Positions 1-12,882 of a stretch of 64,000 bases of DNA are shown here, one piece after another. The DNA is from Auanema rhodensis (Eukaryota > Animalia > Nematoda), in assembly GCA_964057225.1 (NCBI GenBank), contig OZ059897.1, forward strand, positions 16,430,001-16,494,000, given 5' to 3'. A model generated the notes under the pieces. The model was given only the letters and a program-made list of their open reading frames with translations, ran no database searches and was not told where the DNA came from. The stretch's first letter is position 1. Each line of letters begins with the position of its first letter. Both the position numbers and the translations under genes were made by a program.

Positions 1-437
1 CAGTAATATGGTAATGAGTCGTCTGAGAACAAAACAAAAACTTTGAAGGAAGTTATAGAAGTTTTTGGCACTTGTAAGTTGAGTTCAAAAGAGAGACGGA
101 TATCAGGTGGAATGAGGGCATAGAGAAATCAAAATAGTTTATGAATAAAATTAGAGAGATCTAATAATTATAGGCAACGGAATATATTTATATATACATG
201 TTTTAAGTAGAATTCTTAAACATATAAAAATAAGTTTAAGAGTTTCATTATTATCTTTAGATTATTTTTCAATTTAAAGTTCCATCTTTGTTAATTATGA
301 ATCAGCGTTAGAAAAAAACCATAGAAGATTGAGATTTGAAATTAAAATTTCAAGAAAAAAGAAAAGGACTTTTCCAAAACAAAAAATGTGAAAAGTATGT
401 TTCTTTTACTTTTTTTCCTGAATCTATTTCATTTCCC

Positions 438-1169
438 CTAATAAGGTCCAATATTCATCCAATCCGGTATAATCAGTGGTTGTTTACTGAAACGTTTTTC
501 CGAAGAAGGTAATGGAAAAGAAAATGGATAATCGGATGGTGGAATCGGTCCGGATGATACGGCTCCTGATGCTCTAGCAGCCGCTGCAGCTGCTGCTGAT
601 GATGATGGCTCCAAGAAAGTCACCTTAATTGATAAAATCAGTCGAATATAATATGATAAATAAAAAAAATAGATAAAATTTAAAAAGCTCAAAATATGAT
701 GATTTTTTCTATGATGAAAAACTTGTTATAATCGTTTAAATCGGAAATTATTAAGACGGAAAGGGAGCATTTTGCAACTCGTTGACATTTTAGAATTTCC
801 CGAACAGGAAGTTTAAAATTCAGAGCCCACTATTGAACTTCCCTAATAATTCTCGAAAGGCTGATCAAGGGATACATTACACATAATACAAAGATTTAAA
901 GAAAAAAAAATGATTCTTCTTCAATATACTACATGACATTTTCATTTTGAATGAAGACATTTTTTTTTTGGATTGAGTGATTGCTGATGCAACACATCTT
1001 ATGTCCCAATATTTCATATTTGGTGTTGTTGTTCATATAAAAAAACTTTTTTTCTCAAGCTTAATTACTATAGTATAGAAAATAAGTTCTATTTAAGTGC
1101 TCATGTTCTAAGCAGAAAAATAATATTAATTAGTCATGTTAAATCATCTAGAACTATTATTTCAGATTT

Positions 1170-1212
<43 letters not shown>

Positions 1213-1459
1213 CTTTTTTTTAATTAAAAAATAGTCTTACTGGAAATGGTGAAATAGCTGGGTTGTACAAAAAGTTACTTGTATCCACGTGTGGATAAAA
1301 TGAGCGAATCAAATATAATCCATTAACTAAAAAATAAATATAATTCTATAAAATAAAATAATCTGAAAAAAAAAGAAGAAAAAGCTTATTTATTCAAATA
1401 TTACCTGAGCAGGATGAGAAGAGTATAAGCATTAAAGCTATGTTGCATATGCCTGCCAT
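438..1459 (-). CDS. Small secreted protein, candidate neuropeptide precursor (108 aa, 3 exons: 1405-1459, 1241-1326, 438-623)
   Basis: Manual splicing with GT-AG introns and consistent phases (1, 0) gives MAGICNIALMLILFSSCS|VNGLYLIRSFYPHVDTSNFLYNPAISPFP|VTFLEPSSSAAAAAAARASGAVSSGPIPPSDYPFSFPLPSSEKRFSKQPLIIPDWMNIGPY*. The N-terminus is hydrophobic and signal-peptide-like, and a single KR precedes a 17-aa C-terminal peptide. The ATG directly follows GTTTAG (possible trans-splice acceptor). Exons are GC-richer than the flanks. The exon 3 acceptor (caattaag) is weak. Confidence 0.75.
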
Positions 1460-2641
1460 CTAAACGTGTTTCGATTAAGAGAAAGAATATATTTATTTTA
1501 AAAAATAAGAAAAAAATAAAAAGGAAAACACTAGAAAATAAAAAAAAACCAGAAGAAGTTTTATAAGTTATGCTATTTCCTTTTCTCACTATAGGTAGGC
1601 CATGATCTTTTATATATATGTATGCGGTTGAGATAAAATTTGAAATGACATCGCCTACGCTTGAAGTAGTACGATAAAAAGTTTTTTGAAACAAAAAACG
1701 TTTTTGAGCTGAATTACATACATTCTGTAAGATTCAAAATGTTGTAAAAACAAACGTTTTTCCTTTATTCTTATCAAAAAAAAAATATTGTGTTCAATTT
1801 GATTGTAGAATTTGCTGGGCTTCATTGCTAACGTTGTAAGCCTCATCAACATTATCATATTCAGTTTTATAACAATTAAATGAAGTAGAAAAAAATAGAC
1901 AAAAATAGCAAATACAAGAGAATTATGAAAAATCTCCATGAAGTGTGTCTGCTTGAACGCATAAGTGTAGGAGGAATAGCTAACTACACTTCGTATAATC
2001 ATTATAAATTGGATCTTTAACGATATTTATAAGATAAAAGCTGATATTTTTGGAGAATAAAGTAAAAGAAAGGAGATCTTATTGAAGAAGAAAGGCTGGG
2101 CTTGAAGAGAATGGGTCGAGCTTGGCTTGGACTTACTACTCATGACTTGATTATGTAAAAAGAAAATATGCGAAATTCATTCCATTCTGGAGATGAGAGT
2201 AAAGTAAGTGAATTGGTCTTCCGTCATTCTAAGGGGCTCATTTGTTAATTTATAAATTTTATTTTGATTTAAACAAAGTTGAAAGTTAAATAAGTCTAAG
2301 CATATATGTATGTGTATATAATGGTCATTATGTGATGTACGTCAATTGTTTTTATTTCAATAGAAATAATATATTTAAATAAAAATTAAATTGAAACAAA
2401 TGAGAAAAGTGTAAATTGAAAAAGATAAATTTCATATAGAATAAGAGATATTATTCATACATCTATCCTCGTGTCATTTTTAAAAAAGAGTCGAAAATGT
2501 CGAGGGAGGAGATGAAAGAGTGAAGCTGAAAGGTATGTATATTCGAGAGAAAGAAGAGGAAATTGTACCGGAGATAGAGAGAGGGAGTAACAGAAGTAGA
2601 GAAGAAGCATTAGATTGAGAACATTCTAGAGAGAGGAATAG

Positions 2642-2644
<3 letters not shown>

Positions 2645-2716
<72 letters not shown>
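2645..2716. repeat. (AG)n microsatellite, ~36 units
   Basis: Directly visible perfect dinucleotide run. Confidence 0.97.
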
Positions 2717-2719
<3 letters not shown>

Positions 2720-3467
2720 GATTGAATGATTTAACAAGTGAAGAAACCAGTTAGCGAAAGAGTAAAAAATATATTCAAGAAAATACAATAGCTCAATAAT
2801 AAAAACGTTTTTTTTTGCTCTCGGTTTAGTACAAACAATATAAAGCACCAACAATGCTCATGGTTACCATAATACTTGGCTCACAACGCTGAAAAAAAAA
2901 GAGAAGTCGTCGAGGAAAAAAGTTATAAGGAAGAAGCAATTTGAAAAAAAAAGAAAACGTTGAAGATGACTGTTTATACGCTGTAATGAGGTCTTCGGCA
3001 AATATGATGAAAAAATGGAATAAATGAGAGGTTCGAAGAGGTTGACCCAACGATAAGAGCAAAAGCTAATTGAATTAGGTACTTTGAAATACCAACCAGA
3101 ACATATTTAGGCTATGGTCAGTTGTTTTACATGTACAATTTTCTCATATTTGGAATTTGCAATTAGTTAAACTCTTTGGAAATTTTAATGAGCTTGAGAA
3201 GCTCATTTCAACTAACTGACGGAGATATTTAGAGTCTAAACAAAAACTTGACGATGACTCTTTTATAAATATTTTATTCACATTATATAAAAAGTAAAAT
3301 AAAATATTTATATTCCGTGTTTTTTTACAATTTTATCTGATATATATATATATATATAATTTTTCACATGTAAAATTCTACAAAAAAAACTTAAACAATG
3401 TTTCGAGGAGAAGAAAATTTATTCTCAACCGTTCAACTGAACTCACACAGAGTAAATGATATTTATC

Positions 3468-3492
3468 TTCCCACGTGGGATTCACGTGGGAA
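3468..3492. promoter_or_regulatory. Two CSL/LAG-1 sites (CGTGGGAA, one per strand) overlapping two CACGTG E-boxes
   Basis: The sequence TTCCCACGTGGGATTCACGTGGGAA contains TTCCCACG at 3468-3475, CGTGGGAA at 3485-3492, and CACGTG at 3472-3477 and 3483-3488. It lies ~2 kb upstream of the ATG at 1459. Confidence 0.45.
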
Positions 3493-5974
3493 ATTATGAT
3501 AATTTGAGCAGCATGCTTTGCAAGCTTATAGTTTTAAATGTGAAAGGAAATGAAAATTGGGGGAGATAGTTTCACTGATTTGCAAGTTGAGCGAGAAATA
3601 TTAAGGTTAAACTAGATTTATATTATATACATGTGTACATGCATATGCACATATAAACATATATACATATACTATGTATTATATTGAGATAATTGATAAA
3701 TGTTAAGTAATATATATACATATCTACGTGAGATATACGTTAACTATACATGTGAATGTCCCGTCCAACATAATACTAACGAATAACAAGAGGTAGACAG
3801 AAGTGAGGCTAATGGTCTTTTATACTATAATGAGCAGAACGCTAGCTTTTTAACTTAGATGTAACATATTTTCAAAGAAAGATTTCTAAGAAGCAAAACC
3901 AAAATAAATTTAGTTAACTATATGAATATATGTGTAAGTATTAGTTGAGACTAATTATACGAAATATTATATATATTTTGAGCACATAATAAAGTTAATT
4001 GAAAATTTCAAATGAAATATTTTTGAATATGCAAATACGAAAATTTGAACAATTTCTGAAAAAACTTTTTTATCTAAAAGTTTGTTTTAATGACATTTCT
4101 TGTCATTAGTGTGCTTTTAAGCATTGAGTAGACACATAAGGAATGTGTGTCGAATATACTGATTCTATTATCCTTATATGGCACAATGGACAATGAGTGA
4201 AAAAAGTGTGAGATAAAATACGAGAGAATAAGAGATAAAAAAGTAAGGAAAGAGATCAGGAAAGACAAAGAGATAGAGAAAGAGAAAGAGAAAAAGAGAG
4301 AGATAGAGAGAAAGAATAAGATGAAATGAGGAAGGAACAAAACTAAAGGAGATGAGTATCATGCAAAATGCTACAACGTAGTTTAAGCTTATGAATGACA
4401 ACGTGAGAACTTTAGATTACGGAACTTTAAAGCTAAATTGAAAAAGAAGAGGGAAAATAAAAACGTCAGAGGTAACAAATCCAGCATGACCACTTTAAGT
4501 TGAAAGTGTATGAGGGGAGCATATATAAAAATTTTCAATTTAGAAAATGTGTTAATGGCAGTATGTGAAGAAAAATTTTTTTTAGAGTAACTTTGTCAAT
4601 TCAGTACAAGCAGAACTGCATGAATGATGCCCTTCATCGGTTCTCTCTCTCTCTTTCTTTTTCTCTTGTTCTTTCCTATTCACATTCTCTATCTTTCCTT
4701 TTTCCATGTGCATCTCAATCTGAACACCTTCATTATTTTTGAGCAACCGTCTGATCGTCATCGTCATCTGTTGCTTGTCGTTATAAACTTAACTTTCTTC
4801 TGATTTTATATTGACGTCATTTACTGAGTGGAACAAGTGCTGCTGATTTAACTTGATGAAGCTTTTTTAAGGCTAATCATGAGGTCATCAGAAGCCTTCT
4901 AACTCATCTTTATTCTATTTAAAATAGTTAATTAAAGCTTAATCTCTATGTGGATTAAGTTAGTTACGACAGCGTGTATCTTATAAATATATTCAAATCC
5001 TTCAAACAAAATAAACGAAAAAAAAACTATGAAGCAAAAATTTTTATGTTCATATACATATATGTAAAAGGGAAAATAGAAATTGAAAATTAAAAAAAGA
5101 AGAAGAATAGTCAATGATTATCAATAAGATAAATTAAATTAGTAAATTAATTGTTTTGTTATTTTTGAAGAAAATATCAAAAATTTCAGAAAACATATTT
5201 TAGGATTCTATATAACATATAGATATACTGATTATTTGATACACATATATATATAAAAAATGAAAAATAAAGAAATTTTCTATTAAATATGAGAACATTC
5301 TTTCTTTTCATTAAATAAAGTTTGTGGTAAAAGTAAGGTTAACGTTTACTAGATTCATGATTCGGGAAAAATACCTAATTGAAAATAGTTGAGCAATCGG
5401 AGAATGTGAAAAAGATTCAGATGACCGATTAAACGGAAAAGAGAAAAGATTTGCCTTCCTTTCCTGATGAGAAGACGTGCCAGATGATGTACATCTGAGA
5501 TTATTTTAGTCACAAAATTGTGGTTTGGGGTCATTTCTCATTTCTCTATAAAATTAAATGAGAAACGAATTAAACATTCATTTTGAATGAAAAAAAAAAT
5601 ATTTGAAGAAAAATAATTTTCTTCATTTCTCCAACCAACTAGCCTAATTTTTTTTATTTTAAAAAATTTCATTAAACAAAAATAATCGTTGATAAACAAC
5701 AATAATTTTTATTCGCAATTTATCATTTTAAAGAACAATCATATCGTCAGAACAATCACAAGTTATAAACAGAGAAATATATATATATAGAGAGAAAAAG
5801 TTAAAGAAAATAAGAAAGAGAGAGAGAGATAGATAGTTGAAAAGTAAAACAAATTATGATAAAAATACAATTTAGACATACATGTATGAATATAAAATAT
5901 CATTTTAATACATTGATTATAGTTATATTATATAATAATATGTATAAATATATAATATTTATATAATTAAAAAA

Positions 5975-6177
5975 GAGATCACTTCAGAGTAATTAAGGAC
6001 AAAAACTAATGGAAAGAATTGTCATATGGAATTCATTTTCAAAATTAAGAGATCATTCTAAAATAAAATAATATAATTTCTCATAATAATAATAATAATA
6101 TTTATTTATTATTATTGTTATTATTATTATATTTTTTTCTGCTGCTAAAACATTTATAGAAAATGAAAAAGAGATCA
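5975..6177 (-). promoter_or_regulatory. Three bantam/miR-80-82-family seed matches (TGATCTC) in the putative neprilysin 3' UTR
   Basis: GAGATCA occurs on the + strand at 5975-5981, 6049-6055 and 6171-6177, ~0.7-0.9 kb after the stop codon. A candidate AATAAA on the - strand lies at 5708-5713. Confidence 0.5.
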
Positions 6178-6849
6178 TTTCTGTTATATCAAAGTTGAAA
6201 ATCAACAAATATTTTGATAATTTTTCTTAATTTCAACTCAAAAAATCTTGAACAAAAATGAAATTATTCAAAATTTTCAGAAAAAGTACATGACAACATA
6301 GAAAAACCAGATATTTTTCTTTTGTGAGTGAATGAGAGAAGATCAGACAAAAGGAGAGGATGCAGAACTCTAAAATAGGTTGTAACTCTAAATATAGCAT
6401 GAGTTTTGCAAAATCAAAAAATATTTTTATGTAATTTGAACTACTTAAGCTATTTGTGAAATTATGTTTGCGACAAGGTAATGTTTTTGTATATTTGTTT
6501 TGTTTTATACTCGTTCTAACATCTTCACCTTGAAAAGAAATGTATTTTTTGGGATCTTTAAACTGAGGTCATAAGCCATTTGACTAAAAGAAAATTTAAA
6601 TGTATGTATATAGGTAAGTAGGTATATCAAAATTGTCACGAATTCATATATTCGATTTTCTAAAAGTCACATGGAAGTTGTTGCGAAGTAAAGCTTTGAA
6701 GTTTTTAGAAAGATGGAAGAAACTTAGGGAATGCATAAGAAAAAGAGGGAGTCATGAAGGAAAACAAGATGAGACTATCAGAAATTTTAAAGTGAAAAAA
6801 GAGCGGATGTTGCAAATTACTTAACGTTGGAAAAAGTTGATCTGAAGCT

Positions 6850-9800
6850 CTACCATAAATCACACTTAGATTTTGGGTTCATTCTTGACCCAACAGGACA
6901 TTGAAAAGTATCCGAGAATGCTTTGGAATTGCTCAAAGTACCCATAACTCTGAAAAGAAAAACGAATTATGACATAATCTTAGTCTGAAATCATATTTTA
7001 AAAGTTAATTTAAGAACATTATCATTTTAATCATAACGTTGTAATTATATTTTATACATTTAGATATTAAATTGTATTATTTATTAAAAATAGATACAAC
7101 TTATAAAATAAAGTTGAAAAGATGACGTAATTCATTGAACATTTTCACTTTTAATTTTAAAGTTTAATATGGATATAACTCGCTTTTGAACTCATTCATA
7201 CATACACATATACATATCTTAATATTCTATTGATGGAAAAAAATTGATATATCAAAAGTTTTTAACATTAATTTTGATTATTAACCAATATTCTAAATAA
7301 AAGAATATTTTGTTTATAACACAAATTTAATAAATAATTTATTAAATTTTTTAGAATTTTATTTTTAGAAAATTAATCCATCAATATCTACATAAGTATA
7401 TGTATTTTTTTTTCGATTTTTCAATTTATATTGAGAAATATCTTATCCAAAAAGTATTAATCTAAAATGTTTTTTAAAAATCTAATTAAACAATAAAAAA
7501 AAATTTTTTTCTCAACAAAACTTTAGAGTGATGTTTACTGATATTCAACTAGACATTTAGCTCTGATGACTATCAAACTGATTTTTGTTGCTTAAGATTT
7601 TATTCTTTTTAATGAATTACTTCCTTTTTTTGTTGAAAAAATAGATAAGATTCTTGAAATTATTTTAAAAAATAAGAATTTTTCATCTAAATCTTAAAAA
7701 TTACCGTTGGCGTTCTTTCGAATGAACACTTTGTTGGGCTCCAGCATTATCTAAGGCACACCAGCTTTGTGCAAATGCTAAGAAAAATCGTTGATCAGGA
7801 CTAAGTTTACCAGAATTTGTTCTAATCCAACGATCTTTTCCATACTTTTTCCATGCCTATACATATAATAAAGTTTGAAAACTACATAAATTACATATTA
7901 AAACCTTATATGAAATTTCTAAACCCATAACATCAGCAATATTTTCATATCGAGCAATAATAGCCTATAATTATCAAAGTTTTGATAAGAAAAATATTTT
8001 TCTTTGAAATTATTTTCAAAAATTGTTAAAAAAAAACCTTTTCTCGCCCAGATATATTAGTATAATGCTCAATTAAACATGATATGACATCTTCATATTT
8101 TTTTGTTGATTCCTCAGTCCAATATTGATTCCAACCTAAATTTCCGGTTGGACCATGTTGTTTTCCTATAAATATTGTATTCATTTACATATATAGAATG
8201 TTTTTAATATAAATTATAAATAATTTTCAATTCCAACAGAAAAAAATTTTTTTGGAACGAGTTTGAGAGTTTTTGAGTAATAGAAATAAATTCTTTTGAC
8301 AAAAAAAACTATATTAAAAAGAAAATTAATAATAATATTTTAATAGATAAGTTAAATTAATATTAAGATCCCTTAGGAACATCTGTATGAGAAATGTTTT
8401 ACTTTTATTCAAATACCCTTAGCTAAACGATCCGTTTGAATAATCCTTTCTTTAACTGAAAATGAAATTTGTTCATTTTCTGGGATCGAATTCACCAAAC
8501 AATTTTGTTGAGAAGCCTATCAGGTCTTTGAGAGCCTCTTTTTGATTTACCCAATTTAAATAGAAATAGAACAATTGATGTTAGAGAGTACGTAGCATCT
8601 CAAACTTAACCAGATGCTTTCGCATATCCCAAAAATGATTGTGAAGAGTCTAAGACATTGATGAGAGAACTAAAAAAATCTAATTTTCTAAACTCTAACA
8701 TGTGCAAACTTGTTCTTTCTGTTTTCAAAACTTTATTTTACTCTTTACCAAATATCTCTTTTTTAGATTTGATGTAATACAAGAAAATGAAAAAAAATGA
8801 AATAATTAATGTAGATATCAATCTATCTATACATATAGTGATAACCACAACTTTAAATTCATTCATTATTTTGGTAAATTAGTTTTTAAATTTTTAGAAT
8901 TTTTCTGATTTCGAAAAAAATTAAATTGGTTGCTGCTAAAAGGATATGGAAACGGCGGAGTAAGGGGGAATTACAGGATAACACTTCCAAGAAAACGAAA
9001 CTATTTCATTTGTTGTTCTTATAATGAACTTTCATCTTCACAGTTTCAATTTCTAATCAATTAAAAATAAAATTTAGAAATGGAAAGTTTTGAATTTATT
9101 GGAAAAATGTTAAAGAGAGGAGAGGAGAAACAGAGAGTTGAAGATTGAAAATCCTAATTAATTTGCAACCCACAAACTTCCACCCACGTGAAATCAATTA
9201 AAATTATTCTCTTCCCTTTAAATCCTGTATTTAAATATATATAAAAGAAATTGTCTTCGAGTAAAAACTTTGATATCTCATCAAAATGACGTGGATTGAC
9301 ATTATATTTTGGAAGAGAAGTAATGAATTATATTTTTTTCGAATAAATTGAGGAAGAAGGAAAAACTAAGAAAAAGATTTTTTACTTAAAAAATTTCTGA
9401 TGAAATAATCTTCAAATAATCAGTATAATATGCATAATACATATAATAAATATTTGTTTTTCTTTAATGCCAAATGTTATAATGAAAGCAAAAGTAATTC
9501 TGGATAAGTTTTACTAAAACCGATTTTCTTGTTATAAGAATATGAGAAACATTAGTAACATTCTCGAAGAATAAGCAACAAGCGTTTCTAATTATTAAAA
9601 AATATTATTTATATATTTTTTAAAATTTTCTTTTTAAATATAAATATATTAAGCATAAAATACCTTCAGCATCAAATGCATGAGACATTTCATGTCCAAC
9701 ATAACTTCCAATAGCTCCGTAATTGAGTGAACTATAAATATAAATATAATTTAAAAAACAATTAAAAATAACAAAATATGAATTAATTTTTATTTGAAAC

Positions 9801-12800
9801 CTACTCCATTTGACGATAATCAGCTATCGGAGCATTAAGAGCATCCATTGGAAACAGAACAAGATTTCTCTCATAATTATGAATTGGAATTGCAGATAAA
9901 GCTGGTCTTGTATCTAGCCAATCTCTGTAAAAAATAAAAATTAAGAAACTTTTCTTAAAATATTTGATAAAACAAGCTGAAATACTTACTTTTGATCAAC
10001 AGGCTTACGTAGACGACGTAAAGTATCTCGGTAAACGGATGCTACTCCAATCACAATTGATTCGAAAAACGTTTCTCCTACCTAAGAAAAAAGAAAATTA
10101 ATTTAAAAAATCAAAAAAAAAATACTCTTGATGATTCAGCTTCCATTGCAGCTTTATCCAGAACTTTATCAGGAAAACTAGACATAATTGTCATATTTTG
10201 CATCTTTAAATTTGAAAATTATAATAATCCTCTTTTTTTTTCTCAGAAACTGACTTTAAATATAACATTTTGTCTTGTTTCCTCATCCAACATTTTACTA
10301 TTTTTCCATTCTTTCTTCAATTCATCACGTATAAATTCTGACATTTGTAATACCATCTCTCGATTCTTAATATATATAAAAATATAATTTAAAAGATTAA
10401 AATATATTTAATTACTTTATCAACGTGTTGCTCTCCATCAACTTTTCGAGATAAAGAACCAAGTGATAAAGGAAATATTCCAGATAATCTCATAATACAA
10501 AATTCTTTCCTTAAATGTCTTGGACCAGAATATAAAGTAAGAAATTTCTGAAAGATAATGTGAGTTTATTTGAATAATTTTTAATTGTTATACCCATAGT
10601 TGTTGTATTTCACATTGTGGTCGTGTATATGAAAGGAAGAAAACAAAAACTTTCCATTTCATATAGCTTTGAAGAATCATCTGTTTTTCAAATGTTGATT
10701 GATATTCTTCTGGAAAAAAAAAGTTTTGTTTTTCAATGATTTGAACGAATAATCCAGATTTTCTTTAATAAAGGTACTGAGCAAGGAGTTTACCAATTAT
10801 TCGGCTTAAACTGCGAATCCAACTAACACCAGGCTTTAAAGCAATTTTCTCATTGGGCGATAAATCCAATTCGGTAAGTCCTGATAAGAAATATTTCCAA
10901 TCAAGCTTAAATTATGAGTTTATCTCTAAAAATGATTGATGTTAACTCAACCATTGGAGCTCTTTGTTGAAGTTCAGCTAGTGTTATAACTTCATAACTA
11001 TCATTTGATAGTTCTGATTCCTAGAAATATCAGAATCAGAAAATCCCCCCCTCAAAGAAATTACCGATTGTCTAGAATTAGCAATTTTCCATTCTAATAT
11101 TATCATTTCTGCCAACCGACGTTCGAAACCTTGATGATTTTCACCAAAAAGTTCTGCCATTTCTCGTCCAATTGTATGTAATAAATTTAAATGAGCCTAT
11201 AATTACCATAATTTGTCTAATTTTAGAAACAAATGATATTTAAAATTATTTAAAATTAAAAAATTTAATATATATTTTAATATAACTTCCTTTACTTCTT
11301 GAAAAACAAACAATTATTTTTGTAATTTTTTTTATTTCAAGATTTGAAATACGTCTCAATAAATTTATATAAATATATAGTTATATTAGTTATATAGTAA
11401 ATTTTGTTTATAAAATTATAAGAAAGTATTACGTGTGGTCCCATATTATGCACTAGATCTTCGACTCGTGGTTCCGGTTCCATATAAAACTTGGCATCCG
11501 GTAATAAAGGTACTTGCTCATAGATCTTAATAGTATGACGTCATATCCACATCAAAGTTTAAAGTTCACAACTGACCGTAATTATGTATTCAGATGACTT
11601 TCTATAATTCACTTGAACACCAGCAAAAAATATTGGAAATACAGATAAGTTGAAATACCGTAATAGTTGATCTTCAAATGGTTCTACCAACTTAAAAACA
11701 TTATAATTAATATAAATTAATAGAATATATGTTTAAGAAATTGAATAAAGAAAACTTAGATATTTTACCGATTGCCTTTGTCTTCTTTCCTGAGATTTTT
11801 TCAAAAGTAAATACAATTCATCATCTTCATCCATTTCGTACAGTTGCTCATCCAAATTTCGTCTTGATCTTGGTACATCCAAATCTGGCATCCATCCACC
11901 TAATTTCTAAAAATAATTGTTATTGAATATAATTGAGAAAAGTAGTAAAAACAAGATATATAGGAAATATTTCTAATTAAAATCTTCATGTTATATTCTT
12001 ATAAGTCTAACATTTTATGTTTTTATATTGCTTGATATGAAAACTGAGTATAAAAGTTAATCTATCTTAAATTTATAATTTAAAAATATTCTTAAAGTTT
12101 CAACATAAGTGTGATGCATTTTATATTTTAATATCTCATCTACCGTAATTCAGATAAAACTTTTCTTTGAAAAATCTGAAAAAACTCGAACCTTTCTTAA
12201 GTCATTAACAGGTTGTGTTCCAATTTTGGCTATTGAATCAGCATCTGCACATTGTTCGAATACACGAATAACACTTTTTTCTCCTTTATTAAGATTATAA
12301 GGCAATCCTCGACGACTATCTATAAAATAAGAAAATATATATTTATTAGTAAAATATAATTTTAAAATTTCATACGTTCGAGTACAGCTCGAACAATTCT
12401 GTCATGAGCTGCAAATGTGCTGGCAAACAATGTATTCCAACCCTCGTAATTCAAATTTACCGATCTGTTCATCCATGAGCCACAAGCATATTCATAGAAA
12501 TCTATAATGATTATTATCATATCTAATAGCAAATTATACCTTCTTCATTTAAATTAAAAAAAAAAGAAAATATATAATTATTTTGTCTTCCAAAAATCTT
12601 TTATTCAACTGTTATATAATGCAAAATATAAAAGCAAATGAAATTAAAAACTAATCAAAAATTCTTAAATTTCCAAACTTTTCTGTTAATTTTTAAAATT
12701 TACCTGTACAAGGATCAATATTATCATCTATATTTGATAGTAATCGAGCTGTATCAACAATACATTCTTTAGACGAGCATACTGTAAATATATAGTTTAT

Positions 12801-12835
12801 TATTCATATTATTTAGCTATATATTTATATATTTA

Positions 12836-12882
<47 letters not shown>

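Noticed and set aside
2480-4401. ORF-track entries with SLSLSL, REREREK or F/L/I-rich translations (also at 22863, 39109, 51229, 52920, 56026, 63097 and elsewhere)
   Set aside because: These are translations of microsatellites and AT- or CT-rich non-coding DNA, with no splice-consistent structure or domain motifs.
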